Shown here: positions 1-9,879 of the stretch, in pieces | Position numbering within the stretch: position 1 is the stretch's first letter | Layout: each line of letters opens with the position of its first letter | Source of the DNA: Eledone cirrhosa | Lineage: Eukaryota | Assembly (NCBI GenBank): GCA_964016885.1 | Contig: OZ024743.1 | Location: 20,646,001 to 20,710,000, forward strand | Length of the DNA stretch: 64,000 bases | Direction: 5' to 3' | Made by a program: the position numbers and the translations under genes | The notes under the pieces: generated by a model | The model's database searches: none | Seen by the model: the letters and a program-made list of their open reading frames with translations, nothing else | What the model was told of the DNA's origin: nothing

Positions 1-17
1 ATCAAATCGATGATTAT

Positions 18-18
<1 letters not shown>

Positions 19-60
<42 letters not shown>
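19..60. repeat. (CT)n microsatellite
   Basis: Perfect CT dinucleotide run. Confidence 0.95.
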
Positions 61-63
<3 letters not shown>

Positions 64-352
64 AAGGTGCATGGCTTAGAGCATTGGGCTTGCAATCGTG
101 AGGTTGTGTGTTCGATTCTTGAGCAAGAAACTTTATTATACGTTGCTCCAGTTTAATCAGCAGTAGAAATGAGTTGTGACATCACTGGTGTTGAGTTATA
201 GTGGCCTTTGCCTTTCCCTTAGACATGGGAAGGGGAGACTGGTATGCAAGGGCGACTGGTTCTTTCATAAACAACCTTGCCTGGAATGTGCTTCAGAGGG
301 GGAACTTTCTAGGTACATATCCCATAGCCATTCGTGACCAAAGGGCGTCTTT
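61..352 (+). mobile_element. tRNA-derived SINE (family 1, GTGAAGGYGCATGGC head)
   Basis: A-box-like TGGCTTAG and B-box GTTCGATTC, then a central GAGCAAGAAACTTTATT...CAGTAGAAATGAGTTG block. Homologous copies at 22390-22510 and 32342-32690. Confidence 0.85.
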
Positions 353-354
353 AT

Positions 355-434
355 ATATCTATCTATCTAAGGCGGGTAAAATTCCCGAGATCCATGGACG
401 AGTTCTCTCCAGCGGTCTCTGTCCCTCATTATCG

Positions 435-436
<2 letters not shown>
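355..436 (-). mobile_element. Extreme 5'-truncated 3' end of an RTE-like LINE with (TAGA)n tail
   Basis: Near-identical to 24187-24270, the 3' end of the minus-strand LINE at 24181-24880. Confidence 0.85.

Positions 437-437
<1 letters not shown>

Positions 438-500
<63 letters not shown>
438..500. repeat. (TA)n microsatellite
   Basis: Perfect TA run. Confidence 0.95.
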
Positions 501-503
<3 letters not shown>

Positions 504-690
504 AAAAAGTATGACCCCGACGGCAGAGCTCAAGCCATTTCGATGGCTATTTCTGGACCAGAAATAGCCGTCGAAACGGCTTAAGCTCTGCCGTCGGGGT
601 CATACTTTTTCCTATTTCCCACTCTACTACCCTAAGTATTGAGTACTCTGGTGTGTTATGGTCCATCTGGTTCCTTACCACATTTCCTTT
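499..690 (+). mobile_element. Penelope-type fold-back remnant: ~117-bp palindrome (499-615) carrying the 3' half of a hammerhead ribozyme, plus unique tail
   Basis: Near-perfect inverted repeat centred at 557. Right arm reads GAAA-CGGC-loop-GCC-GTC-GGGG (helix III plus GUC triplet). Flanked by (TA)n on both sides. Confidence 0.6.
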
Positions 691-824
691 TATATATATA
701 TATATATATATACTGTAGTGATGAAATATATATAACCAAGTGGTCAGTAGCTCTGATTGAGTACTGACTTTTGACAACCCCTCTATCCAATGCCATGATG
801 ATGATAATAATTATTATTATTATC

Positions 825-1012
825 GGTGGATAGGCAGTATCAGTAGAGGGTCAGATGCCATGCTTTTCAGCATAGAGTTACGGCCCTTTACAGTGGGTTC
901 AAATCCCGTGGAGGTTAACTTTGCCTTTCATCCTTAATGGGGTCAATGAAATAAAGCACCAGTAATGCACTGAGATAATTGCTGGCCTTGTGCCAAAAGT
1001 AGAAACAATCAT
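825..1012 (+). mobile_element. tRNA-derived SINE (family 2, ...CATCCTTNCGGGGTCAATAAAATAAAGTACCAG...ACAATTATT)
   Basis: B-box GGTTCAAATCC. Homologous to 3998-4182, 39259-39426 and 46236-46343. Confidence 0.85.
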
Positions 1013-1041
1013 TATATATATATATATATATATATTTATGT

Positions 1042-1142
1042 AATAAACAACATAAGGCAATTATTCCATTTACCAGTGGTTTCTTAAAAGCAAAAAATTT
1101 TGCTTTCAATCCTCAGAATGAAAAAATCCTGGTCTGTTTATT
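1042..1142 (-). ncRNA. Type I hammerhead ribozyme (mirror copy)
   Basis: Reverse-complement arm of the palindrome keeps CTGAGGA...GAAA-CCACTGG-TA intact. Confidence 0.8.
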
Positions 1143-1168
1143 GAATTTGGATTTTAAAATCCAAATTC

Positions 1169-1269
1169 AATAAACAGACCAGGATTTTTTCATTCTGAGG
1201 ATTGAAAGCAACATTTTTTGCTTTTAAGAAACCACTGGTAAATGGAATAATTGCCTTATGTTGTTTATT
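1169..1269 (+). ncRNA. Type I hammerhead ribozyme
   Basis: Core CTGAGGA 1195-1201; 10-bp helix II TTGAAAGCAA/TTGCTTTTAA; GAAA 1228-1231; short helix III ACC-ACT-GGT; GTA triplet 1238-1240; helix I TTTCATT/AATGGAA, extended by AATAAACAG/TTGTTTATT. Confidence 0.8.
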
Positions 1270-2199
1270 ACATAACTATTAAGCTCTGTTACCTACATAG
1301 AGCACTCTTTTTTCCTGGACTTTTCCGACGGAATTACTTCATTTACACACATATATATATAAGGCAAGCTGCTGGACAGTTTCCATGTACCAAATTTTAC
1401 TCATAAGGTATTGGTTAACCTGAGCTTATAGTAGACACTCAAGGTGCCACAGCATGATGCAGACATTTATTTATTTATTTCATAAAAGTGCCTTATATGC
1501 ATGTTTCTATATTATTTGTTGAGAATCTATTGTAGAATATCACTAAAATGTAATTAGGGTAGCTAGAAGCCATTAAGGTTACAAAGTAAGCAAGAAGTGA
1601 AGATTGTTAGTCTCATCAAAGTAAGAATATATATTGTTAAGGTCATTTAATAATGAATCATTGACATTGAATCGAAAAAATGAAAGAGGTGGGGTTCAGG
1701 ATTTGGTTCAAAGGTTTTTATTGCAGATTTGAGTAATTGTTCCTATGATGTCTTGAACAATAACTTTTGTCTCGCTTAATTTATTTAGATTGAAAGATTC
1801 CTGTTGTTTATCATTGAAGAATATTTTATTAGATGAATTATTTGTGACCTTTGAAGGGGATTGTAAATTCAAATCATTCTAAGAAGACATGATTAATTAT
1901 CATATTGAACACATTGGTGTGTGCTAGAAGGATAATTGAACAGTAACTAAATTGTTACTTTCTTTGATTATGAAGCATACAGATGCATGCGTCAATATTT
2001 TGTAGATAAAGAGATAACTTATGGTTACTTCTGGATAACAACAATGCTTAAGAGTGTTGCTGAAAATGACATCCACAGCATTGGGTTTTATTACTGCTGA
2101 AGGTTTGGTCAAAATGTTATAGTAAATTGAAAAGATGAGAAAACTAGCTTGGAAGAAATATGTCTATGTGGCCCCAGAAAGGAAATTAGCCAGTTGTAG

Positions 2200-2476
2200 A
2201 AGATCACGCCACCTAGCTTTGACTTTGAAGGCAGTCGATTAACTGCCCTTAATTCTGACGTCAGTAGCTGAATACACTCTCTTTTCAACTTTGTGTGTTG
2301 ATGCGAGCAGACGCATTTCACTGTAACAAAACAGCGATATCACACCATGCGGTCACGGGATATTTGAACACCGCCACGAAATGATAATTACGAATTACCA
2401 ATCAAGGAGCAACTGATATGATAACCTGTTTTGTTTATTGCTCTGATTAAAATGCTCATGTACATATAATCTCGAG
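2200..2476 (+). promoter_or_regulatory. Candidate promoter / 5' non-coding exon with consensus CRE site
   Basis: Local CpG enrichment in a CpG-poor background; palindromic CTGACGTCAG at 2255-2264; good splice donor GAG|GTATGT at 2476/2477. Confidence 0.45.
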
Positions 2477-3997
2477 GTATGTTCTTTTTGCTTAATTGTT
2501 TACCTACACGTAACAACAAATAGAAGAGATGTTCTAACAGCCAAGCTAGGGAAACAAACTCCCCTCTAAATCGTAAAACAACGTAACCTTCTAATAGTGA
2601 TTGTTAAATCTCCAGAGAAGCTTGACAATAAAAATAAAATTGGACACCAGTCAAAATGTTCTGATGAACAGGTAAACAGCACCTTGATAAATATAATCAC
2701 TCCACTAAGAATTGAGAAATATTCACTGTAGTAGGATTTGTTAGTAAATTTAACAGTTATTTGTGATTTTCATTCTTTAAATTACAATTCGGCATAGCAC
2801 TGACAAACTGGATTAAGAATACACAAGTAGAGGGAAAAAGCTTATCATCTGTAAGCTCCAACATGTTACCCCATTAAGTAAAGTATAGCAGAAAGTATGA
2901 TGTGAAATGAAATTAAAATGCTTTTCCTAATGGTTGGTTGAGATGGTTAACAACTCTTCCCATGTAAAACTAGCATTAATCCGGCCAACTAGACAGCTAC
3001 CTAATATGCCAACTTCAGAAAGGTGCATTACATAATTTTATACAAATTTGTATAAATATTAAATATATGATAATTTCCTGTGATAAATAAATAAATTGCT
3101 AAACATATTTGCTGCATAGCAGCATTGTGGAAATATCCAAACTAATGAAGAGAGTTGTATGGTGTTATGACAAGTCACATGATTTGGTGTGGACAAGTGT
3201 TGAGTGTGTAGTATAAAATGCAGGCTTAGTAATGTTTTTAGTGTTGTCAGAGCAAGAAGTAACAAAACCTAGGTTTGTAAGTTTACCAGATTGTAAGTTG
3301 AAATTATTCTACATGGGGCAATGGGATGCTCCTTGTAGAGCAAGCCCAGGATGCTGAATATCCAGGCACTGACTCGGCTCCCTTGGAATATGTTTCTCAT
3401 ACTGGAATTTACAAAAACTGCCTTTCTCATATCAAGTTTATTGTCGTTGAAGGTGAATTTTGAGATGAATGAACATATATTTAGTATGAGAAATGTAGCA
3501 ATGTAGCACAAACAAATGCATCAATAGTCTTCTATTTTGCATCAGTGATATTAATAAAAAAAATATCTGTATGGCTTTAATACTTGAAGGATACATCAAT
3601 GAATTGTAAGCTATATAGAATATAATTTGAATTTGGCCTTTCATTGACTTTTTATATTTTTGTAGAATTATACAAGTTTTTAAAGATATTTCCATTGAAA
3701 ACATATTTTACTATCAATTGTTAAAATAATTGCAAACTAGTCACTGTTAAAATAATTGTTTCTAGTATAAGCATAATATTACAAGTTCAGAAGAAGAGTA
3801 TACTTGGTTAGACTGATATCCTGTACTTATCTGGTATATATTCTATCAACCCAAAAAGGATGAAAAGTAATATCAGTTTGGTGAAAATTAAAAAGTATAA
3901 ATATGCATATAAATGCCACAAGGCATTTTGTCTCTCATTCAACCACTTCAACCATTACATCACTACTGTTGTTAGAACAGCTATACTTGCAAATCTT

Positions 3998-4388
3998 GAT
4001 TGGCAGCATCGGTAGAGGGTGGGACGCCATGCTTTCTAGCATAGTTACGTCCCTTTACATTCTGAGTTCAAATCCCGCCGAGGTTAACTTTGCTTTTCAT
4101 CCTTACGGGGTCAATAAAATAAAGTACCAGTAATGTACTGGGTAATTGCTGGCCTTGTGCCTAAAGTAGAAACAATTATTATCATAAGTGTGGCTGGTTG
4201 ACTGAATCATTAGAACATTGGAAAAATGCCTTGAGGCATCTAGTTAGTCCTTCATGAGGTCAACGTTGCTTTTCATATTTTCAGAGTTGATAAAATAAAG
4301 TACTAGTCAAGTACTGGGGTTGCTATAATGGATTTGGGATTCAATACATATTGTTGCTGGCCTTGTGCCAATGTTAGAAAGAATTATT
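3998..4388 (+). mobile_element. Two tandem family-2 tRNA-SINEs (younger 3998-4182, older 4190-4388)
   Basis: Both carry TTTCAT...ATAAAATAAAGTAC...GCTGGCCTTGTGCC...ATTATT. Confidence 0.8.
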
Positions 4389-6402
4389 ACAATATTTACC
4401 TGCACTACCTTCTACTTACTCATGGCAAAATAGAGAAGAAAGCTTATTGCTAGATTAAGTTATGGGGGAGTCGGAAAGAATTTCGATGGAATGGGTAAAA
4501 TTTGTTTAGCATCTAAGACAAATAAATTTCTTTTGCTCTAGCCTACCCAGATAGGGTAGGGTTTCACACTTCAATTAACTTAGATTATCCATACAATTAA
4601 TAAACACAAACTCTGTAAATGTGTTTAAAATCTACAAATAGATGTTAGGAGATAACTTGAATAAGACTAATTAATTAAAATTTTTAGCAAATACAGATTG
4701 TGCTGTAAATGTTTACATAGGTAATAATAGTAGATTAAAACACTTCAATTAATTAAGATTATCCATGGAATTAATTGACACAAAATTAGTTGACACTATA
4801 TTATGTGTGAGACAAAACTGTCTTTGTATTTAATATGCAGAATGTACCCTTTTATTTAATATGCAGAATGCACCATTTTATTCAGTTAAACTTCTTAATC
4901 CTATATCTTGCTACAAAGTTTGATAAGCAATAGGAAAATAGGTATTAAGAAATAGCTCATGAGAGTTGTTTGGTCCATAGTATAATCTTGCAGACCTATA
5001 ATCAAAAGCATACCAGCTGTAACCATCTTGTATTTTTTATATTAGGGACTTCATTATATATTGTATTTTGTTTGATTTAAGATAATACAGGAGTTTTAAC
5101 TTCTCTTTGTAGGAAGACAATCAACAACATAATAGTTGGCTTCCATTGTTTGGGCAATTCATAAGTGTGCTGAATGTGAGGTCTGAATTGGTAATAATAA
5201 ATTCAAAATGGAATAATTGATAGACACTCTCCTGCTTTCAACTTTTCATATATCCTACTCCTATTAAAGCAGTCACAAAAATGACAAATTCCTATTTAAA
5301 ATCATTGATATGCTGATGTCACAATTCCCTAGCTTTTTGACAAAAGAATAAACAGTTTTGAGAATCTAACTGTTAGCAACATACAGAAAATGTTTACATG
5401 AAAGACATTCGTATGTATGATGATATATTAAGAAAAAAAGAAGTATTAAGCTAGAGAATTTGAAATTATTATAGAAGACCAGTGATTTGTATGTGCAAAG
5501 TTAATTTATGAGAAGTTGTAAAGTGAATCAATAAAATAACTGAGCATCTGTTGCTTTGATTAATATACACAAGAAAACTATGCTGGTATAGAAATCTCAT
5601 GTTAATGAATGATACTTGTAGCTGAAGTAAATATAAATAATGCAGAAGTGGCTAATTCAGAGCTGAGAAATATAGGTCTCATGAGGAAAAATGCTACAAG
5701 ATCAAGAAATATTCATGCATAACACTGATATTAAATCAATGAATATTGTAATCATTATGATGATGATAATGTTTTAGACATGATTCAATCGATTAACTCC
5801 TTTTCTAAATAAAAATAACCTATATACACACATGAATGAAAACATTCTAAAATATCTCAGTTGTAAAATTATTTTATTAAATTTAAATTAACTAGCTTAC
5901 ATTGTGAAATGTCAAATTAAATTTGCTATATTTGTGGATAGAGATGTTAATTTAATCTTAAATATACACTGAACATATTATTGAATATCCTACTTAGCTT
6001 TAACAAAATTATCACTATTTCAATGCAATCATACTATTTCACAATTCAAAAGTATAATTCTCATTATTCAATATTTTTTGTGTGTGTGATTTATTGTGTG
6101 TAACATTCATGAATTTCTGTGATGAATTATTAATAGAATAATAAAAACGAATTAGTTATTAACCACATAGTTTGTTATTCTCGTGCCACTATATTTTGAT
6201 CAGTATCTCCTTTGATCAACTTTAGATGTCATATGTTTGTATATGCCTATGGTTTGACTAAAATTAAACTTTCGAACCTTTACAATTAACATAAGTTTCT
6301 AATATCATATCCACTAAACCATAGCCTTCTAAAGGAAGAAAATTGTATTGAAAATTAAAGCTTGTGAAACTTTGACAAGTATGTGCTTGTATATATACTT
6401 GC

Positions 6403-6512
6403 TACCACCTTTGTATATATATATTTCTATCTGCATTGCACCACCTTTCTGAAGTTCACTTCAAAAAGCCAGTACAATGCAGACAGAAATATATTTATAT
6501 ATAAAAGTGGTA
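6403..6512. repeat. Degenerate ~110-bp inverted repeat
   Basis: TACCAC...ATATTTCTATCTGCATTG...TGAAGT pairs with ACTTCA...CAATGCAGACAGAAATAT...GTGGTA. Confidence 0.7.
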
Positions 6513-6959
6513 TTGGGGTAAAGGATGACAAATAAAATAAAACAAAACAAAATAATGTTTATTTTACATAGTATATTTCATCATATTTAATGGTAAATAC
6601 TTTCTTTTCAAATGAAAAAATGAGAAATAATACATCCACCTTTGTTGTGTCCGTGTGGATTGTGCATATGTTGAGCAGTCATAAAAGCCACTCTGCTCCC
6701 TATAGCTCTATTCTATTGTTCATCAGTGGTTTCTGTGTGTTTATAATCAAGGCCTCCTTAATTCTTAAATTACCCACATTCCTCCCTGTTACTGATATGA
6801 TGACTGCAAAGTTTTAGTTGCAGCATTTATCAAGGAGATTTTTGACAGAGGAAGCTCTTGTGGTCATGTGCACTTTAATCCATATGTGTAACATCCGGAC
6901 AGTACTTCCATTGTATGAGGAACCACATTGTCTGTAAGTGACCCTGTAGGACACATTAA

Positions 6960-7300
6960 TTCTCATGTGTTAAATGCCACAACTGAGACATTGAGGCCAT
7001 CATATAGGTGGTGAAGATGACTCAGGAATTTAAGAATTGAGGAAGCCTTAATTATAATAGAACGAAGCTACATGGAACAGAGTGACTTTTATGATTGCTT
7101 TACCATGTGCAATCCACACATACAACATAGGAAGGATCCATTAGAGGAGGATATATCTATGTTTTGCTTTATCTGGAGACTCCATGACCAGGGAAGTAAA
7201 ATACCCTACATTAAATGGAGTATCCTGGACACAGCATGCTTTAACCCCTATAAGCCAGGTGGCTGCTGTGTGCTATGCCAAAAGGCAACCGGTGTTTGGT
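6960..7300 (+). pseudogene. Fossil Penelope-like element GIY-YIG endonuclease C-terminus
   Basis: ORF 7072-7332 contains IWRLHDQG..IKWSILDTA..PYKPG..CVLC, matching the PLE C-terminal pattern IW.LK....I.W.IL..A..Y......C.LC as I recall it. Confidence 0.65.
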
Positions 7301-8151
7301 CTGAGATAACTTATTTCTGTATTCACTACTAAACCCTATGTCTTGAGATTGTTCCCCTATCCATTACCTATGGACCTGCCAGGTAGAGGTTCTCTCTCTT
7401 GACCAAAGGAGAATATTATCTGTTGAAATATTTTAGACAAATATTACAATTTACTGAAAAATATGATTAAAACTCATGTATTGGTTTATCTTAAAAAACA
7501 ATATTATTTTACAAGGCTTTTTTTATGGCTGAAATAGCTTCATATCAAAATTTTATCTATACAGCAACACCGTTGTTTTCATAGTCGCATGAGCTTCTGT
7601 CGTGTAAAGAACACAACAGCCTCCCTAGTGTTGGTAATCTACATGATAAATTCACCCAGTGCATGCTATAAGTAGTTGGTGATTGATTGGAAAGGGATCC
7701 AGCCACAGAAAGCTTGCCTAAAAAGGGTTCGGAAGACTCTTTAGTTGTGTCAAAGACATGATAGAATATAAGATCGGACATAACTGAGTTGCAGCCCCCC
7801 CCCCCCCCCCCCCCCATGTTTGTCTGTCTGGGAAGACAGTAACTCAGATTCAATACTCACTTGGTCGATGTAGACCCGTTCAACTCTTGCTAGCTGGGAA
7901 AAACAGATGTTAAACAATGATGATTATATTTTTAAAATATTATATACAGTAAACAGATTGTTTGCTGTTTTTCTGAATACACACTGGAGAGAATATCCAG
8001 CACTGTTTGCTTAACTTTAGCAATTCTAAATAGTTTTTCATACATAACACTATGTAAATATCTTGCTAGACACATTTCATATCATATAGAGGAGAATTGT
8101 TATAGCAATATTTTTCTCTGTACACAGAAGAAAATGATTTTATTTAAACTG

Positions 8152-8156
<5 letters not shown>

Positions 8157-8240
<84 letters not shown>
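8157..8240. repeat. (TA)n microsatellite (left flank of retrozyme array)
   Basis: Perfect TA run; a matching run lies at 9487-9537. Confidence 0.95.
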
Positions 8241-8244
<4 letters not shown>

Positions 8245-8386
8245 ATTAGAATTGGTGCTCTGAAATAGCTATATATATATGAATGTATATATAGTGTATT
8301 TTGCAATACACTGTATGCTTAGTTAAAAGCATTTCGAAGACCTTATGCTATTGTTTTAGAGTAGTGACAGACTCACTTACTTTAAT

Positions 8387-8477
8387 TTTCAGCACACAGG
8401 GGAGATAAAGCTGACAGGGCCCTGTTTTGCATTTATTGATGCTTATCAAAGCCAACTACTCCTCCTGTTTGCTGAAA
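8387..8477 (-). ncRNA. Hammerhead ribozyme copy with G12A mutation (probably inactive)
   Basis: Reverse complement of the 9303-9393 motif. Confidence 0.75.
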
Positions 8478-8610
8478 TCATGGATGTTTGGTTCTTATAG
8501 AATTCTAGTAAATAATCAGGAACTGATTATACAGAGCGGTTGCCGGTCAAGCAGAAATTGAAAATTAGAATTGGTGCTCTGAAATAGCTATATATATATA
8601 TGAATGTATA

Positions 8611-8850
8611 CTCAGTTTACTCAGCTGTAGAAATGAGATGATAGGGACTGGGGTCCCTATTATTCCACTGCAAAGTGGTCGTGGAGGTGCCACGGAAAAA
8701 AAAAAAAAAAAAAAAAGCACCCAGCACTCACTGTAAATGAGGTTGGTGTTAGGAAGGGCATCCAGCTGTAGAAATCAAGCCAGAATCAGTTCCCGTCCCA
8801 CCCTTGCAAGCAGGGAAAAGCGGACGTAAAATGAATGAATGAATGAAAAA
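8611..8850 (+). mobile_element. Young composite SINE / non-autonomous RTE nested in the retrozyme array
   Basis: TSD AATGTATA (8603-8610 and 8851-8858); empty site visible in sister unit at 8281. 3' end CCCGTCCCACCCTTGCAAGCAGGGAAAAGCGGA matches the RTE end at 57747-57779. (ATGA)n tail. Confidence 0.9.
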
Positions 8851-8983
8851 AATGTATATATAGTGTATTTTGCAATACACTGTATGCTTAATTAAAAGCA
8901 TTTCGAAGACCTTATGCTATTGTTTTAGAGTAGTGACAGATTCACTTACTTTAATTTTCAGCACACAGGGGAGATAAAGCTGA

Positions 8984-9074
8984 TTTCAGCAAACAGGAGG
9001 AGTAGTTGGCTTTGATAAGCATCAATAAATGTGAAACAGGGTCCTGTCAGCTTTATCACCCCTGTGTGCTGAAA
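8984..9074 (+). ncRNA. Type I hammerhead ribozyme, U3-A8 core variant (intact GAAA)
   Basis: Helix I TTTCAGCA-ACAGG-GGAG..GGCT / AGCT..CACC-CCTGT-TGCTGAAA; core TTGATAA 9012-9018; helix II GCAT-CAATAA-ATGT; GAAA 9033-9036; helix III CAGG-GT-CCTG; GTC triplet, cleavage after 9048. Confidence 0.85.
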
Positions 9075-9302
9075 ATTAAAGTAAGTGTGTCTGTCACTAC
9101 TCTAAAACAATAGCATAAGGTCTTCGAAATGCTTTTAACTAAGCATACAGTGTATTGCAAAATACACTATATATACATTCATATATATATAGCTATTTCA
9201 GAGCTCCAATTCTAATTTTCAATTTCTGCTTGACCGGCAACCGCTCTGTATAATCAGTTCCTGATTATTTACTAGAATTCTATAAGAACCAAACATCCAT
9301 GA

Positions 9303-9393
9303 TTTCAGCAAACAGGAGGAGTAGTTGGCTTTGATAAGCATCAATAAATGCAAAACAGGGCCCTGTCAGCTTTATCTCCCCTGTGTGCTGAAA
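9303..9393 (+). ncRNA. Hammerhead ribozyme copy with G12A mutation (probably inactive)
   Basis: Same fold, but ATGC-AAAA-CAGGGCCCTG-TC instead of GAAA. Confidence 0.75.
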
Positions 9394-9483
9394 ATTAAAG
9401 TAAGTGAGTCTGTCACTACTCTAAAACAATAGCAGAAGGTCTTTGAAATGCTTTTAATTAAGCATACTGTGTAATGCAAAATA

Positions 9484-9547
<64 letters not shown>

Positions 9548-9879
9548 GTATTAGTTGATAAATGAACCAAAACAAACACAGGGATGCAAAAATACAAAGT
9601 CATATATATATATATATATGTATATATATACATATTTTTTGTGTGATGAAGGCATACCATAATATATATATACATAAATATATATTCATTTTTAAGGCTT
9701 AATAGTGAGTCTTGTTATTCTGAAGTTTTGCCTGCAAACACTAAAGTAAAATAAATATTAAAACTCTACTGCAGTATTAAGTACTCCTTTCTCTCAGCCG
9801 TCAACTGGCAGGGAAAGGGGATGTTGAAACGATTATGATATATATATATATATATATATTACTACTATATATATATATA

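Larger units (their letters stand above)
1036..1276. repeat. ~240-bp near-perfect palindrome (Penelope-like inverted terminal structure)
   Basis: Centre GGATTTT|AAAATCC at 1155/1156. Arms are reverse complements with about one mismatch. Begins right after a (TA)n tract. Confidence 0.95.
8241..9500. mobile_element. Non-LTR retrozyme-like array: ~320-bp unit, about 1.5 copies on - (8241-8981) joined to about 1.6 copies on + (8982-9500)
   Basis: GAAAATTAGAATTGGTGCTCTG at 8241 and 8560; inverted copies from 8982. Cleavage-site spacing is 319 nt (9048 to 9367). Each unit holds one HHR. Flanked by (TA)n. Confidence 0.85.

Noticed and set aside
61-125. tRNA gene
   Set aside because: Degenerate SINE head without a complete cloverleaf.
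201-777. ORFs 201-584, 334-567 and 547-777
   Set aside because: They run through SINE, (TA)n and palindrome sequence; the shared peptides come from the inverted repeat.
9115-9170. Second GAAA-TGCTT..AAGCA-TA hairpin in the retrozyme unit as another hammerhead
   Set aside because: No CUGANGA/UUGANAA core with matching helix I and II partners could be found.
8241-9500. CRISPR array or TIR DNA transposon interpretation
   Set aside because: Eukaryotic context, no repeat-spacer pattern; arms are internally tandem and asymmetric and contain HHRs.
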